DNA of 64,000 nt from an uncultured delta proteobacterium (GCA_963778655.1 CAVZVA010000011.1:224001-288000); one strand, 5' to 3'; numbered from the stretch's first letter, positions 38,193 to 48,601 are shown. Program-made: numbers and translations. Notes: a model not told the origin generated them from the sequence alone.

Positions 38193-39593
38193 TCACGGCT
38201 TGGGGGGGAGCATCGAGGCGCGGCGGCCGCGGGCGAGGTACTCGATCAGGTCGATCTTGGTGATCACCCCGATCACCTCGTCGCGCTCGGTCACGATCGC
38301 CATGCGCGCCTGGCCGAGCAGGCTCTGGACCGATTCGATCGAAGTGTTGGGCGAGACCGTGGCGTAGTCGCTTTCGGCCAGCGCCTCCACCGGGCTGGTC
38401 AGCGAGTACTCGCCGCTCGCGAGATAGCGCAGCAGCGCGACCTCGGTCACGACGCCGAGCAACTCGCCGTCCTGCATCACCGGGATCTGCGAGATGCCGT
38501 GGTCCTTGAGCTTGGCGATCACGTCCTTCACGCGCTCGCTCGCCTGAACCGTGATCACGGCGCCGCGCGGCTTGAGCTGCAGCAGGTCGTGCACGCTGCC
38601 GAGGCCGCCCAGATCGTCGAGCAGGCCGTGCTCGCGCATCCACTCGTCGTTGAAGATCTTCGACAGGTACTTGGCCGCCCCATCGGGCAGCAGCACCACG
38701 ATGTTCTGCCGCTTGCCGCTCTTACGCGCGAACTTCAGCGCGCCGGACACCGCGGCGCCCGAAGAGCCACCGCAGTACAGCCCTTCGAGCCGCACCAGAT
38801 CGCGCGTCATCAGGAAGCACTCCTTGTCGTCGACGCGCACGACGTCGTCGATCAGCTGCGGATCGAAGGTCGACGGAAAGAAGTCCTCGCCGATGCCCTC
38901 CACCTTGTAGGTGAACGGTTTGGCCACCCGCTGGGTCTTGATGTAGTCGTAGTACAGCGAGCCTATTGGATCGACGCCAACCAGCTGCACCTCGGGCTTC
39001 TGCTCCTTAAGAAAGCGGCCCACCCCCGCGAGCGTGCCGCCGGTGCCCAGACCCGCCACGAACACGTCGATCTGTCCGCCGGTGTCGCGCCAGATCTCGG
39101 GACCGGTCGAGCCGTAGTGTCCGCCCGGGTTGTCGGGGTTGTGGTACTGGTTGGCGTAGAAGCAGTTGTGCGTTTCCTCGGCGATGCGCTTGGCCACCGA
39201 GTAGTAACTGCGCGGATCCTCGGGCTCGACCGCGGTCGGACACACCACCACCTTGGCGCCCCAGGCGCGCAGCGAAGCGATCTTCTCCTGCGACATCTTG
39301 TCCGGCATCACGAATACGCAGTGATAGCCGCGCACCGCCGCGATCATCGCCAGGCCCGCGCCGGTGTTTCCGCTGGTCGCCTCGACGATCGTGCCGCCGG
39401 GGCTGAGCTCGCCGCGCTTCTCGGCCTGGTCGACCAAGTGCAAGGTCATCCGGTCCTTCATCGAGCCGCCCGGATTCATGTACTCGCACTTGACGTAGAT
39501 GTCCGCCGCCACGTCGCGTCCGATGCGGTTGAGCTTGACCAGCGGCGTGTCGCCGATCGCGTCGAGAATCGTGGCGCAGGCGTTCTTCAACAT
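38193..39593 (-). CDS. cystathionine beta-synthase with C-terminal CBS pair
   Basis: KCEYMNPGGSMKDR, TSGNTG, GLGTGGT, YKVEGIG, GGSSG, YLSK; two CBS domains. Confidence 0.9.
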   Translation of the reverse strand: MLKNACATILDAIGDTPLVKLNRIGRDVAADIYVKCEYMNPGGSMKDRMTLHLVDQAEKRGELSPGGTIVEATSGNTGAGLAMIAAVRGYHCVFVMPDKMSQEKIASLRAWGAKVVVCPTAVEPEDPRSYYSVAKRIAEETHNCFYANQYHNPDNPGGHYGSTGPEIWRDTGGQIDVFVAGLGTGGTLAGVGRFLKEQKPEVQLVGVDPIGSLYYDYIKTQRVAKPFTYKVEGIGEDFFPSTFDPQLIDDVVRVDDKECFLMTRDLVRLEGLYCGGSSGAAVSGALKFARKSGKRQNIVVLLPDGAAKYLSKIFNDEWMREHGLLDDLGGLGSVHDLLQLKPRGAVITVQASERVKDVIAKLKDHGISQIPVMQDGELLGVVTEVALLRYLASGEYSLTSPVEALAESDYATVSPNTSIESVQSLLGQARMAIVTERDEVIGVITKIDLIEYLARGRRASMLPPKP

Positions 39594-39632
39594 CGTTGGG
39601 TCGCTCCCGTGGGCATCGCATCAAGAGGACTC

Positions 39633-39671
39633 ACGGGAAAACGGGAAGCGAGAAAGATCGCGCCTTCCTGT
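39633..39671. repeat. palindromic element family A, degenerate copy 3
   Basis: ACGGGAAAACGGGAAGCGAGAAAG...CGCCTTCCTGT. Confidence 0.55.
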
Positions 39672-39742
39672 TGGTTCCTCGAGGGACAATGCGGGTATGC
39701 TGAATTATGCGCGCCGGGCGGAAGGCGGCGCAAGCTGGCAGC

Positions 39743-40501
39743 TCAAACGCGCGCTTCGAGCCAACCGTAGATGTCCTCGGCCGGCTTCTCCCAGCCCGGC
39801 TCGGCGTACAACCAGTGCGCGTGCGCGGTGTATTCCAGCAGCTCGCCGCCGATCGGCGCGTACTTGCGCGCCGTGCCCCGCACCAGCGCCGCGGGCACCA
39901 GACGGTCCTGCGAGGCGGCCACGGTGAGCAGCGGAATCCGGATCTTCGACTCGTCGACGCGGTAGCGCGGGATCTCGCCGAACGCGCGCCCCGACTCGCA
40001 GACCATCGCCGCCAACGCAGCGTCGTGCTCGGCCGTCGGCAGGCAATTGAACACGGCGTAGCCCACGCTGCGCGCGTCGGGCGGCGCGATCGTCCGCGGC
40101 GTCAACCCGAGCGCGCGGCCGACCGCGTAGCCGCTCCAAAACACCCGGGAGAACGGCGTGTGCACGCCGGCCGGAGCGCTCGGCGAGATCAGCACCGCGG
40201 CGCACACCCGGTCGCGCTCGGCCAGCGCCTGCGCGAGCAGCCCTCCCATCGAATGCCCGATCACCGCGGGGCGGTGGCCCGTTTCCGTCTCGATGCGGCT
40301 GACCTCTTGCTCCAGCTCCGCCACGTAGTCGTCGAGGCCGATCGAGCGCAGCTCGCGCGGCGGCCGCTTCCGAACCCGCAAGTCGGGCCGCAGCGTGGGC
40401 GTGTAGACGCGCGCCCCGCGCGTCTCGAAGAACGCTCGGAACTGCGCCCACACCGCGCCGGTGCAGCACATCCCATGAACCATCATCACCGGTGCTCGCA
40501 T
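39743..40501 (-). CDS. alpha/beta-fold hydrolase
   Basis: VHGM, GHSMGG nucleophile elbow, QDRLVP, HAHW. Confidence 0.88.
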   Translation of the reverse strand: MRAPVMMVHGMCCTGAVWAQFRAFFETRGARVYTPTLRPDLRVRKRPPRELRSIGLDDYVAELEQEVSRIETETGHRPAVIGHSMGGLLAQALAERDRVCAAVLISPSAPAGVHTPFSRVFWSGYAVGRALGLTPRTIAPPDARSVGYAVFNCLPTAEHDAALAAMVCESGRAFGEIPRYRVDESKIRIPLLTVAASQDRLVPAALVRGTARKYAPIGGELLEYTAHAHWLYAEPGWEKPAEDIYGWLEARV

Positions 40502-40515
40502 CTGTTCTTCCTGCT

Positions 40516-41595
40516 TCAGCGCGGCAAGCGCGACGAGCGGTAGCGGCGCAACGCGGCCGAGCCCGCGGGCGCGCCCAGGATCGGGCTGCGCGAGAATACC
40601 TGAATCTCGGCGCCGTGGTCACCGCCGGCGCGCAGCAGGCACGCTCCGGCATACGCGATCATGGCCGCATTGTCGGTGCACGCGCGCGGCGGGGGCACGT
40701 GCAGGCGGATGCCCCGCTCGGCGCAGCGGCGCTGCGCGAGCGCCCGCAGGCCCGCGTTGGCCGCCACCCCGCCGGTGATGACCAGCTGGCGCAGGCCGCG
40801 CGCCTCGCACGCGGCCAGGCATTTGTCCACCAACACCTGCAGCACCACGCCCTGGAACGAGGCGCACAGGTCGGCAAGCCCGGTCGGGTCCTGCGGGCGG
40901 CCGTGCTTGCGGACGTGCTCGGCCACCGCGGTCTTGAGCCCGGAAAAGCTGAACTCGAGATTGCCGCGCCGCCGCAGCGGGCGCGGCAGCGCCACCCGTT
41001 CGGCGCGACCCTGGGCCGCCAGCCGGTCGATGCGCGGGCCCCCCGGGTACCCGAGCCCCAGCAGCTTGGCAACCTTGTCGAAGGCCTCGCCGGCCGCGTC
41101 GTCGCGGGTCTGGCCGAGCTGCTCGATCGCGGTCGCGCCGCGCACCTCGTACAGCGCGGTGTGGCCGCCGCTCGCGAGCAAGGCGATGAACGGGAGCTCC
41201 GGCACCGCGGCCGGACCGGCCGCGGCGTCGCGGAACAGGAAGCCGCTCAGCAGGTGCCCGACCAAGTGGTTGACCCCGACCAGCGGCAGCCCGCGGGCCA
41301 GCGCGATCGCCTTCGCCGCCTGCACCCCCACCAGCAAGGCGCCGATCAACCCCGGCCCGGTGGTGACCGCGACCGCGTCGACCCGCGAAAAGCCGCCGCC
41401 CTCGCGCAGCGCCTGCTCGATCACCGGCACCACGTTCTGCAGGTGCGCGCGCGAGGCCAGCTCGGGCACCACGCCGCCGTAGGGCGCGTGCAGCGCGACC
41501 TGGCTCGAGATCACGTCGGAAAGCACCAGCCCGTCGTCGCGCACGAGCGCGGCCGCGGTCTCGTCGCAGGAGGATTCGATGCCGAGGACGATCAC
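40516..41595 (-). CDS. tsaD: tRNA N6-adenosine threonylcarbamoyltransferase
   Basis: LGIESSCDETAAA, GGVVPELASRAH, VNHLVGH, SGGHT, DDAAGEAFDK, FSFSGLKT, CTDNAAMIA; GTG start. Confidence 0.96.
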   Translation of the reverse strand: MIVLGIESSCDETAAALVRDDGLVLSDVISSQVALHAPYGGVVPELASRAHLQNVVPVIEQALREGGGFSRVDAVAVTTGPGLIGALLVGVQAAKAIALARGLPLVGVNHLVGHLLSGFLFRDAAAGPAAVPELPFIALLASGGHTALYEVRGATAIEQLGQTRDDAAGEAFDKVAKLLGLGYPGGPRIDRLAAQGRAERVALPRPLRRRGNLEFSFSGLKTAVAEHVRKHGRPQDPTGLADLCASFQGVVLQVLVDKCLAACEARGLRQLVITGGVAANAGLRALAQRRCAERGIRLHVPPPRACTDNAAMIAYAGACLLRAGGDHGAEIQVFSRSPILGAPAGSAALRRYRSSRLPR

Positions 41596-42215
41596 TTCTT
41601 GTGCCGCTTGAGCATGAACACGCCGAACAGCCCCGGCTCGAGGTCGGTCTTGCCGTCGCTCGCGCGCACGCTGGGCGCGATCACGCGCGCCTCGATGCCG
41701 CCGGTCTCCATCAACGACAGGAACACCATCGCGTTGCGGTCCGAGGAGCCATCGTCCAGGGTGGAGGGAAAGCGCGCCACCAGGATGTAGTTGCGCAGCC
41801 GCCCGCCGCCCGGAAAGTCGTACTGGCTCAGGGCGTCGTTGCTGAGGTTGGCGATGACCTCGAGGGCCGCGCCGCGAAACAGCCCGGGCGTACGCTGGCT
41901 GGCGCTGCATGCGCTCGCGCCGCCGGGACACACATAGGTATCGAGCGTGCCTGCGGGCGGCAACGTGCTCCCGGCGTCGCCGGGATCGAGGTAGGCCGCC
42001 GCCTTGGCCGGGTCGAAGGTCAAGTCCATCACGGTGTGCGCGGCGAAGCCCTGGCGGATGAACGACGGCTGCGACGATTGGCTGTCGCTGCCGATCACCT
42101 CGCCGTTGAAGACCTCTCCCGGACCGGTGCGAAACGCCTGCAGCGCGTCACAGCCGCAGGCCAGCCACAGCAGCGCGAGCAGCCAGCGGCCGCGCACAGC
42201 TCGGAGCGCCTGCAT
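41592..42215 (-). CDS. hypothetical lipoprotein
   Basis: Lipobox WLACGC; stop overlaps the tsaD start. Confidence 0.65.
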   Translation of the reverse strand: MQALRAVRGRWLLALLWLACGCDALQAFRTGPGEVFNGEVIGSDSQSSQPSFIRQGFAAHTVMDLTFDPAKAAAYLDPGDAGSTLPPAGTLDTYVCPGGASACSASQRTPGLFRGAALEVIANLSNDALSQYDFPGGGRLRNYILVARFPSTLDDGSSDRNAMVFLSLMETGGIEARVIAPSVRASDGKTDLEPGLFGVFMLKRHKK

Positions 42216-42378
42216 CAATGTGCTGCGCGAGCGAAGCGAGCCTCGCGGTGGGGTGGAACCCTGACGGCTTTGCCGGCAGAGCGGGGGCGCGTGCCCTCCC
42301 CTGTCAACACACATCATGGCGCGACGATAGCACCTGGCGCCGGCAGGCGCAGTCGCGTGCCGCGCCCGACCGGCCGCG

Positions 42379-45300
42379 TCAGCTGGCGTCGGCGCGAGGA
42401 CGCTGGCTGCGCGCCGCGACCACCTGGGCCAGGCTGCGCTCGTATTGCAGCAGGCCGGCCGCGTCGCCTGCTTCGGCGGCGGCGCCGACCGCCTCGCGCA
42501 GGCAAGCCTCCGCCACCGCGCGCTCGCCCTGGGTTTGACGCACGCTCGCCAGCACCGCCGCCGCGCGCGCCTGCAGGTGCGGCGCGCCGGCCTGGCGGGC
42601 CAGCTCGCGGGCGCGGCTGAGCGCGTCGATCGCGGGCTGCGTATCACCGCCCTGCGCCAGCGTACAAGCCAGCTCGAGCGCGGCCTTGGCCAGGGTCAGC
42701 GGATCGGCGCTGCCCTTGGACAGGCGCTGCAACGCCGCGCTGAACGCCGCCACCGCGCCCACCTGGTTGCCCTCGGAACGGCGCAGCACACCCACCGCCA
42801 CGTGCACCGCGGCCTGCGTCGGATCGTCGTCGCGCTGGATCGCGATCTCGAGCGCCTCGCCCAGGGTGCGATAGGCGTCGCGCAGGCGATCGCGGCTGGC
42901 CATCACGCGCCCCAACCCGAGCAGGATCAACGCGCGCGCGACCGTGCCTGGCCCACAGAACTCCAGCGCCTCGCGCAGCACGCCCTCTGCCCCGGTCAGG
43001 TCTCGGCTGCGCGCCAGCGCATTGCCCAGCTTGCGGCTGAAGCTGGCCATCGCCTCCTCCAGCGAGGTGTCGCCGGACTCGAGCAGCTCCCGCCGCACCA
43101 GGTCGAGGCAGCGCCGATACGCCAGCACCGCTGTGCCCGCGTCCCCGCGCTCGTGCGCGAGGTCGCCCATGCGCTCGAGCAGCATCAGCGCGGTGAGCGT
43201 CTCGCCGGCGCCGTAGGCGTGATGCGCGCGCACCTCGAGCGGCGCGTCGGCATCGGCCGCGGCCTCGAGCGCGCGCGCGTGCAGCAGCTTGCGCGCCTCG
43301 GCCGGGATCGAGGCCTCGACCAGGTCGCGGATGAAAGGATGGACCACCTCGATCTGTCCGTCCTGCTCGACCAGCAGCCCTACCCCCTTGAGCAGCTCGA
43401 GACCGCCGTCGGCGCCGGACTCGGCCAGGCGAAACAGCAGCGCGCGGTCGCTGCGGTTGCCCAGCACGCAGGCGATCTGCAGCACGCGGCGCGCCGCCAG
43501 GCTCAGCCGTTGCATGCGCTGGCTGACCGCATCCGCGAGGCGCCGCGGCAGCGTGTGCGGCACGCCGTCGACCGCCAGACCGAGCGCGCGCAGCTGCTCC
43601 AGGTAGAGCGGCACGAAGGTGCGCTCGTCGCCGACGGGCTCGGACTGCCCGGGCGGCTGGTGACCGCCGAGGTAGGCGCGCGCCTCGGCCATGCTAAGAC
43701 CGGGCAGCACGATGCTCTCGGTGTCGCCGGACAGGTATTGCTCGCGGCCCTGCTGGCTGCCGACCAGCAGCAGGATCGAGCAGTCGCCGGTGAACTTGGG
43801 CAGCTCGCCCAGCACCTGCGCCGAAAGCCCGTCGCACAGGTGAAGATCGTCGATGATCATCACGACGCGCTCGCCGCCCACGCGCTCCAACGCCTCGCTC
43901 AGCGCGTGAGCCAGCGCGGCCGCCACCGCGCCGGCGCGCGAATCGCCCTCGGTGCCGCGCAGCCCTCCCGGATCGAGCAGCTCGCGCATGCCGGCGGCGA
44001 CCAGCGGATCGGCGCCCTCGAGCTCCTGCGCGAGCCCCGACAGCCCCGGCTCGTCGATCGAGAGCAGCGACAGCAGGATGGTGCGGATCGGGTGATAGGG
44101 CACGAGCCCGCCGCTGTCGTGCGGCCCTGCCCCCACCACCAGGTCGCCGTCGAGCGCCGCGCGCTCGGCGGCCTCGGCCAGCAGGCGCGTCTTGCCGATG
44201 CCGGGGTCGCCGACGATACACACCGACACCAGCCGGCCGCTGGCGTCCTTGCGCAGGCGCTCCAGCCGCTCGAGCTCGCGATCGCGCGCGATCAGCGCGG
44301 CTGCGTGCTCGCCGCTGGCGATCGACAGCCGCGGCGGCAGTGACATCCGCGGCGCGGCCGATGGGGTGACCGGTGCCTGCAGCTGGACCCCACACTCGGC
44401 GCAGAAGCGCTTGTTGCTGGGCGAGCGCACGCCGCAGCCGGGACAGATCACCTCGCGCTGCGCCGGTTGCAGCTCCTGCCACACGAAGCGCAGCTCGTCG
44501 GCCATCTCGTGTGCGCTCTGGAAGCGCTCGTCGGGGTTCTTGGCCAGCGCGCGCTTGACCACCTCGGCGAGCGCAGCCGGAATCCTGCGCACGGGCGCCA
44601 CGTCGCGCGGGTCGGGAATCGGATCCTGGATGTGTCGCAGCACCACGTTGGTCGGGGTGTCGGCCACGTACGGCAGCTCGCCGGTGAGCAGCTCGAACAG
44701 CATCACGCCGACCGAGTACAGGTCGCCGCGGCCGTCGAGCGGCATCCCGCGGCCTTGCTCGGGCGACATGTAATCGGGCGTGCCGCACACCAGGCCGGGC
44801 GAGGTCACCGACGAGTCGGCCGCGGCGCCGCCCAGCATCTTCGCCAGACCGAAGTCCACCACTTTGATCAAGTCCGAGCCCGTCCGCAGCCGCTCGATGA
44901 TCACGTTCTCCGGCTTGAGATCGCGGTGGACCACGCCGAGCGCGTGCGCTTCACCCAGGGCGGCGAGCACCGCGCTGACGATGTCGCAGACGCGGAACAA
45001 CGGCAGCTGGCCTTCCTCGTGCATCACGCGCGCGAGGTCGCGACCGTTGAGGTACTCCATCGCGAGGTAAAGGATGCCGTCGTCGGTGCGCCCGAAGTCG
45101 ATGATGCTGACGCTGTTGGGATGGTTCAGCCGGCTCGCCGCCCTGGCCTCGTTGTAGAAGCGTGCCACCGATTGCTCGTCGGAGAGCAGGTGCGGGTGGA
45201 TGACCTTGATCGCGACCGTGCGGCCGAGCATTCTCTGTTCGGCGCGGTACACGCGTCCCATGCCGCCGACCCCGACCAGATCGAGGATGACGTACGAGCC

Positions 45301-45423
45301 CCCGATGGTGCGCCCGAGCAGCGGGTCCTTGTTCGCCTCTGTGGCTCCCACCGATGCGCCGCAAGCGGCACAAAAACGGTCCACATCCCGCAGCGCTGAG
45401 CCGCACTGAGAGCACAGGAGCAT
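42379..45423 (-). CDS. Ser/Thr protein kinase with zinc ribbons, P-loop ATPase and TPR-like tail
   Basis: CxxC pairs; GVGGMGRVY, HRDLKPEN, DFG, GTPDYMSPE; Walker A GDPGIGKT, Walker B IIDDLH. Confidence 0.9.
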   Translation of the reverse strand: MLLCSQCGSALRDVDRFCAACGASVGATEANKDPLLGRTIGGSYVILDLVGVGGMGRVYRAEQRMLGRTVAIKVIHPHLLSDEQSVARFYNEARAASRLNHPNSVSIIDFGRTDDGILYLAMEYLNGRDLARVMHEEGQLPLFRVCDIVSAVLAALGEAHALGVVHRDLKPENVIIERLRTGSDLIKVVDFGLAKMLGGAAADSSVTSPGLVCGTPDYMSPEQGRGMPLDGRGDLYSVGVMLFELLTGELPYVADTPTNVVLRHIQDPIPDPRDVAPVRRIPAALAEVVKRALAKNPDERFQSAHEMADELRFVWQELQPAQREVICPGCGVRSPSNKRFCAECGVQLQAPVTPSAAPRMSLPPRLSIASGEHAAALIARDRELERLERLRKDASGRLVSVCIVGDPGIGKTRLLAEAAERAALDGDLVVGAGPHDSGGLVPYHPIRTILLSLLSIDEPGLSGLAQELEGADPLVAAGMRELLDPGGLRGTEGDSRAGAVAAALAHALSEALERVGGERVVMIIDDLHLCDGLSAQVLGELPKFTGDCSILLLVGSQQGREQYLSGDTESIVLPGLSMAEARAYLGGHQPPGQSEPVGDERTFVPLYLEQLRALGLAVDGVPHTLPRRLADAVSQRMQRLSLAARRVLQIACVLGNRSDRALLFRLAESGADGGLELLKGVGLLVEQDGQIEVVHPFIRDLVEASIPAEARKLLHARALEAAADADAPLEVRAHHAYGAGETLTALMLLERMGDLAHERGDAGTAVLAYRRCLDLVRRELLESGDTSLEEAMASFSRKLGNALARSRDLTGAEGVLREALEFCGPGTVARALILLGLGRVMASRDRLRDAYRTLGEALEIAIQRDDDPTQAAVHVAVGVLRRSEGNQVGAVAAFSAALQRLSKGSADPLTLAKAALELACTLAQGGDTQPAIDALSRARELARQAGAPHLQARAAAVLASVRQTQGERAVAEACLREAVGAAAEAGDAAGLLQYERSLAQVVAARSQRPRADAS

Positions 45424-45426
45424 TCG

Positions 45427-46215
45427 ATGCAGGATATCGCATCTCCGAGCACGGCCAAAGCCTCCGGCTCCGCGCTCGGCAGCGCGCCGGGCGCCCGCCC
45501 GCCGGAGCTCGCCCGCACCCTGGTGCTGGGCGCCAACTCGTGGCTGATCGGGGTGCTGTGGCCGCTGCTCGCGCGGGCGGAAACCAGCGCGCTCGAGCTC
45601 ACGCTCGCGCTGCTTTCGCCCTTGCCGCTGCTACTGGCCGCCTGGTTGCCGGCCGAACGGGCGCGGGCGCGGCTGCGACCTTTTCTGCTGCTGTGCGCGC
45701 ATCCGGCGGCGCTGGGAGCGGCGATGGTGGCGCGCCCGGAAGGCGTGAACCAGCAGATGTATGGACCTCTCGCGCTCGGCTTACTGTGGCTGTCGCTGTG
45801 CGCATACGGCGCGAGCGCGGCCACGGCCTGCGCGAGCCGCGGGCCAAGCCTGCGCGCGGCGCACGTACCGCTGGGCAAGGAACCCTGGGATTCAGCTCCG
45901 GCGGAGCGCCCGTGCTCACCGCGCGCGTTCGTGGGGCTGTGCTGCGCCGGAGCCGCGGCGTTGTGCTTGCTGGCGCCGGCGATGGGCGGCCTGCCCGCGC
46001 TCGAGCAGGCCTGGGGCGAGGCCGCGCTCGACGGCGGCGTGCTCACCGCGGTGGTGGGCGCCGCGCTCGCGGTCGCAACCGTCGGCGTCTACATGGCCGA
46101 CGGCCTGCGCAGCGCCACCTCGAGTGAGCCGCGCACCGACGGCGGCGTACGCGTCGCCTCGCTGCTGTTTCTAGCGCTGCTGGGCGCCGCCACCTACCTG
46201 ATCACACAGCCGTAA
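45427..46215 (+). CDS. hypothetical membrane protein
   Basis: Several hydrophobic segments; fills the gap between flanking genes. Confidence 0.55.
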   Translation: MQDIASPSTAKASGSALGSAPGARPPELARTLVLGANSWLIGVLWPLLARAETSALELTLALLSPLPLLLAAWLPAERARARLRPFLLLCAHPAALGAAMVARPEGVNQQMYGPLALGLLWLSLCAYGASAATACASRGPSLRAAHVPLGKEPWDSAPAERPCSPRAFVGLCCAGAAALCLLAPAMGGLPALEQAWGEAALDGGVLTAVVGAALAVATVGVYMADGLRSATSSEPRTDGGVRVASLLFLALLGAATYLITQP

Positions 46216-46246
46216 ACGCAGCCCCCCTGGCCTTGGAGAACGTGAA

Positions 46247-46311
46247 ACAGGAAATCGGGAAGACGGGAAGAAAGAAGTCCGTCTTGCCTTCGCGTCTTCC
46301 CGCCTTCCTGT
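46247..46311. repeat. palindromic element family A, copy 4
   Basis: ACAGGAAATCGGGAAGACGGGAAG / CTTCGCGTCTTCCCGCCTTCCTGT between convergent genes. Confidence 0.8.
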
Positions 46312-46333
46312 GAATCTCTTCCGGGCCCGGGGA

Positions 46334-48580
46334 TTAGCGGGCGGATTCGTCGAAGCGGCGCATGCCTTCCAGCAGCAGGCTTTCGGGCGAGACCTTGATC
46401 ACCTGCTCGCTCGGACGGAAGTTCGGATCGAGCTCGAAGTCGCCCTGGCGCAGCTTGAGCATCTCGTAGAACGCCTCTTCGTGCGCGTGCTCGGCGAACG
46501 CGGCGTCGAAGATCATGCCCTCGCAGAACAGGATCTCGCCCCGCCTGCCGTCGGAAGAGACCATGAGCTTACCGCTCTTGCGGCCGTGGAACAGGATCTG
46601 CACCACGTCGGGCAGCGCCATCTCGGTCAGCGAGCCGCTCACGCCGCCGCTCTTCCGCTTGGCCCGCCCGGCACCGTCGAGCACGCGCGTGACCTTGAGC
46701 GCCACCAGATCCGGCGACGCCGGCTTGGTGATGAAGTCGTCGGCCCCGAGATCGAAGCCCCGCTGCACGCTGTCGCCTTCGGCGTTCTTGCTGTGAAACA
46801 CGAACGGCAGCTCCTGGCCGGCGGCGCGGATCTTCTGCAGCAGCTCGAAGCCGTTGATCGGCTTGAGGTCGACTTCGCTGATCACCACGTCGAACTCGCC
46901 TGCGAGCTCGTTCTCGGCCTCGATCGAGTTGCGCGCGATGGTCACGTCGAAGCCGTGCTCCGCGAGCCGCAGCTCGAGCACGGTGGTCTCCTCCGCGTCG
47001 GGATCGATCAGCAGCGCGCGCCGGCTATCCGCGAGCAGCTTCGCGCGCAGATCGTCGCCGAGCACGACCAGCTTGAACACGTCGACCAGCCCGGGGTCGA
47101 AGATCTTGCCCTTGTGCTTGGCCAGCACGTCCCACGCTTCCTGCGAGGTCAGCTTCTTGCGGAAGGGATTGGCGGTGTGGCCGATCAGGTCGGCGTAGGT
47201 CTCCACGATCGCGATCACCCGCGAGCCCAGGCAGATCTCCTTGCCGCTGAGTCGGTCGGGGAAGCCCTGCCCATCGAAGCGCTCGTAGAGGTGGCCGAGG
47301 ATCGTGCCCACCTCGCCCGGCAGGCGCACAGCCTCGAACAGCCGCACCGGCGTCAGGTAGCTCTTGCGCGCCTGCTGCCGATGCGCCTCGTAGTCCGCCA
47401 CGTTGAGCGCGGTCAGGTGCAACGCCGAGGTTTTGCCCACGTCGTGCAGATAGGCCGCGATGATGATCGCGTCCGACTCTTCTTGGCGCAGCCCCAGCCG
47501 CTCGCACAGCCTGCGGCAGATGCGGGCGACCTGCACCGAGTGATTGCGCAGCTCGCCGCGCTCGTTCTCGAGCAACGCCACCAGCACGTTGAGCGTCTCG
47601 AGATAGTCGTGCACCGGAATGCCGGCCTGCGCCTTCTTGACCGAAGAGGCGATCTCCTGGCTGGCGCCAGCGTCGGCTTCGGGCACGGGCTGCGGGTACG
47701 GCGCCAGGCTCGGCTGCGCCGCCACGCCCTGCACGGCGTAGCCCTGCAGCAGGTGGGCGGCGCCCTGCACCGGCAGCACGGCGCCAGGCGGCGGCAGTGG
47801 AGGCAGCACGCCGGGCGGCGGCGGAGGCGGTCCGCCGGCCATCTCGGCCGTGCGCCGCAGCGTCTTGTGCTTGCTGCCCAGCGCCGGCGCGCGGCCCGGA
47901 ACCGGCGGCAGCCCCACCCCGCTGTCCTTGATGGACGCGGGCGTCAGGCTGAAGGTCACGTCGCGCGACAGGGGCGGGGCCGGCCCGCTGTCCTGCTCGA
48001 AGCTCAACGTGCGCTTCTTGTTGTCGCGGTCCACCGAAAGCCCGGTCAGGCCGGCCGCGGGGCCGGCATTGCGGATGTGATTGAACGCCTGCGTCTCGCC
48101 CTCGAAGTGCACCTTGATCGCCGCCTGGATCGCGGCCGGCCGCGCCACCAGCGCGCGCACCTTGGGCACGCGCGTGGCGAACTGCACCGACTTGAGCACG
48201 TCGAGGTCATCGGGCTGCACGGTGAGAATCGACAGCTCCTGCGCCTTGGCGTCGAACTTGACCGGAAACACGCACAGCTTGGCCGCCAGCTTGTGCGTGA
48301 TCAGCTTGAGCAGCGAGTCGTGAATCGGCGCTGTGGCGAGCTTGCGCGTGGAAACGAAATAGGTCTGATACATGCTCGCCTGAAACTTGAGCAGCGTCAT
48401 TTCGTCGAACAGGCCCATCTGGAGCAGGGCCTCCTCGACGTGAATTTGGCGCCGCTTGGCGTACAGGACTGCCGCCTCGGAGTCGGCGGCCTGAAGCATT
48501 CCTGCGGCCTGGAGCCCTTCGAGTAGCTTGGTGTTCACGCGCGGTATGGCACTCCCCGCCGGATGTAGCGAAGTGCTCAC
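46334..48580 (-). CDS. GSPII_N/MshEN-like + HD-GYP-like + receiver + DUF4388 signalling protein
   Basis: N-terminal T2SSE_N-like region; HS..VA, LHDVGK, ERFDGQGFP; REC with GADDFITKP; GSLTEMALPDVVQIL...LLLEGMRRFDE. Confidence 0.8.
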   Translation of the reverse strand: MSTSLHPAGSAIPRVNTKLLEGLQAAGMLQAADSEAAVLYAKRRQIHVEEALLQMGLFDEMTLLKFQASMYQTYFVSTRKLATAPIHDSLLKLITHKLAAKLCVFPVKFDAKAQELSILTVQPDDLDVLKSVQFATRVPKVRALVARPAAIQAAIKVHFEGETQAFNHIRNAGPAAGLTGLSVDRDNKKRTLSFEQDSGPAPPLSRDVTFSLTPASIKDSGVGLPPVPGRAPALGSKHKTLRRTAEMAGGPPPPPPGVLPPLPPPGAVLPVQGAAHLLQGYAVQGVAAQPSLAPYPQPVPEADAGASQEIASSVKKAQAGIPVHDYLETLNVLVALLENERGELRNHSVQVARICRRLCERLGLRQEESDAIIIAAYLHDVGKTSALHLTALNVADYEAHRQQARKSYLTPVRLFEAVRLPGEVGTILGHLYERFDGQGFPDRLSGKEICLGSRVIAIVETYADLIGHTANPFRKKLTSQEAWDVLAKHKGKIFDPGLVDVFKLVVLGDDLRAKLLADSRRALLIDPDAEETTVLELRLAEHGFDVTIARNSIEAENELAGEFDVVISEVDLKPINGFELLQKIRAAGQELPFVFHSKNAEGDSVQRGFDLGADDFITKPASPDLVALKVTRVLDGAGRAKRKSGGVSGSLTEMALPDVVQILFHGRKSGKLMVSSDGRRGEILFCEGMIFDAAFAEHAHEEAFYEMLKLRQGDFELDPNFRPSEQVIKVSPESLLLEGMRRFDESAR

Positions 48581-48601
48581 TGAGAGAGTTATTTTAGCGC
48601 A

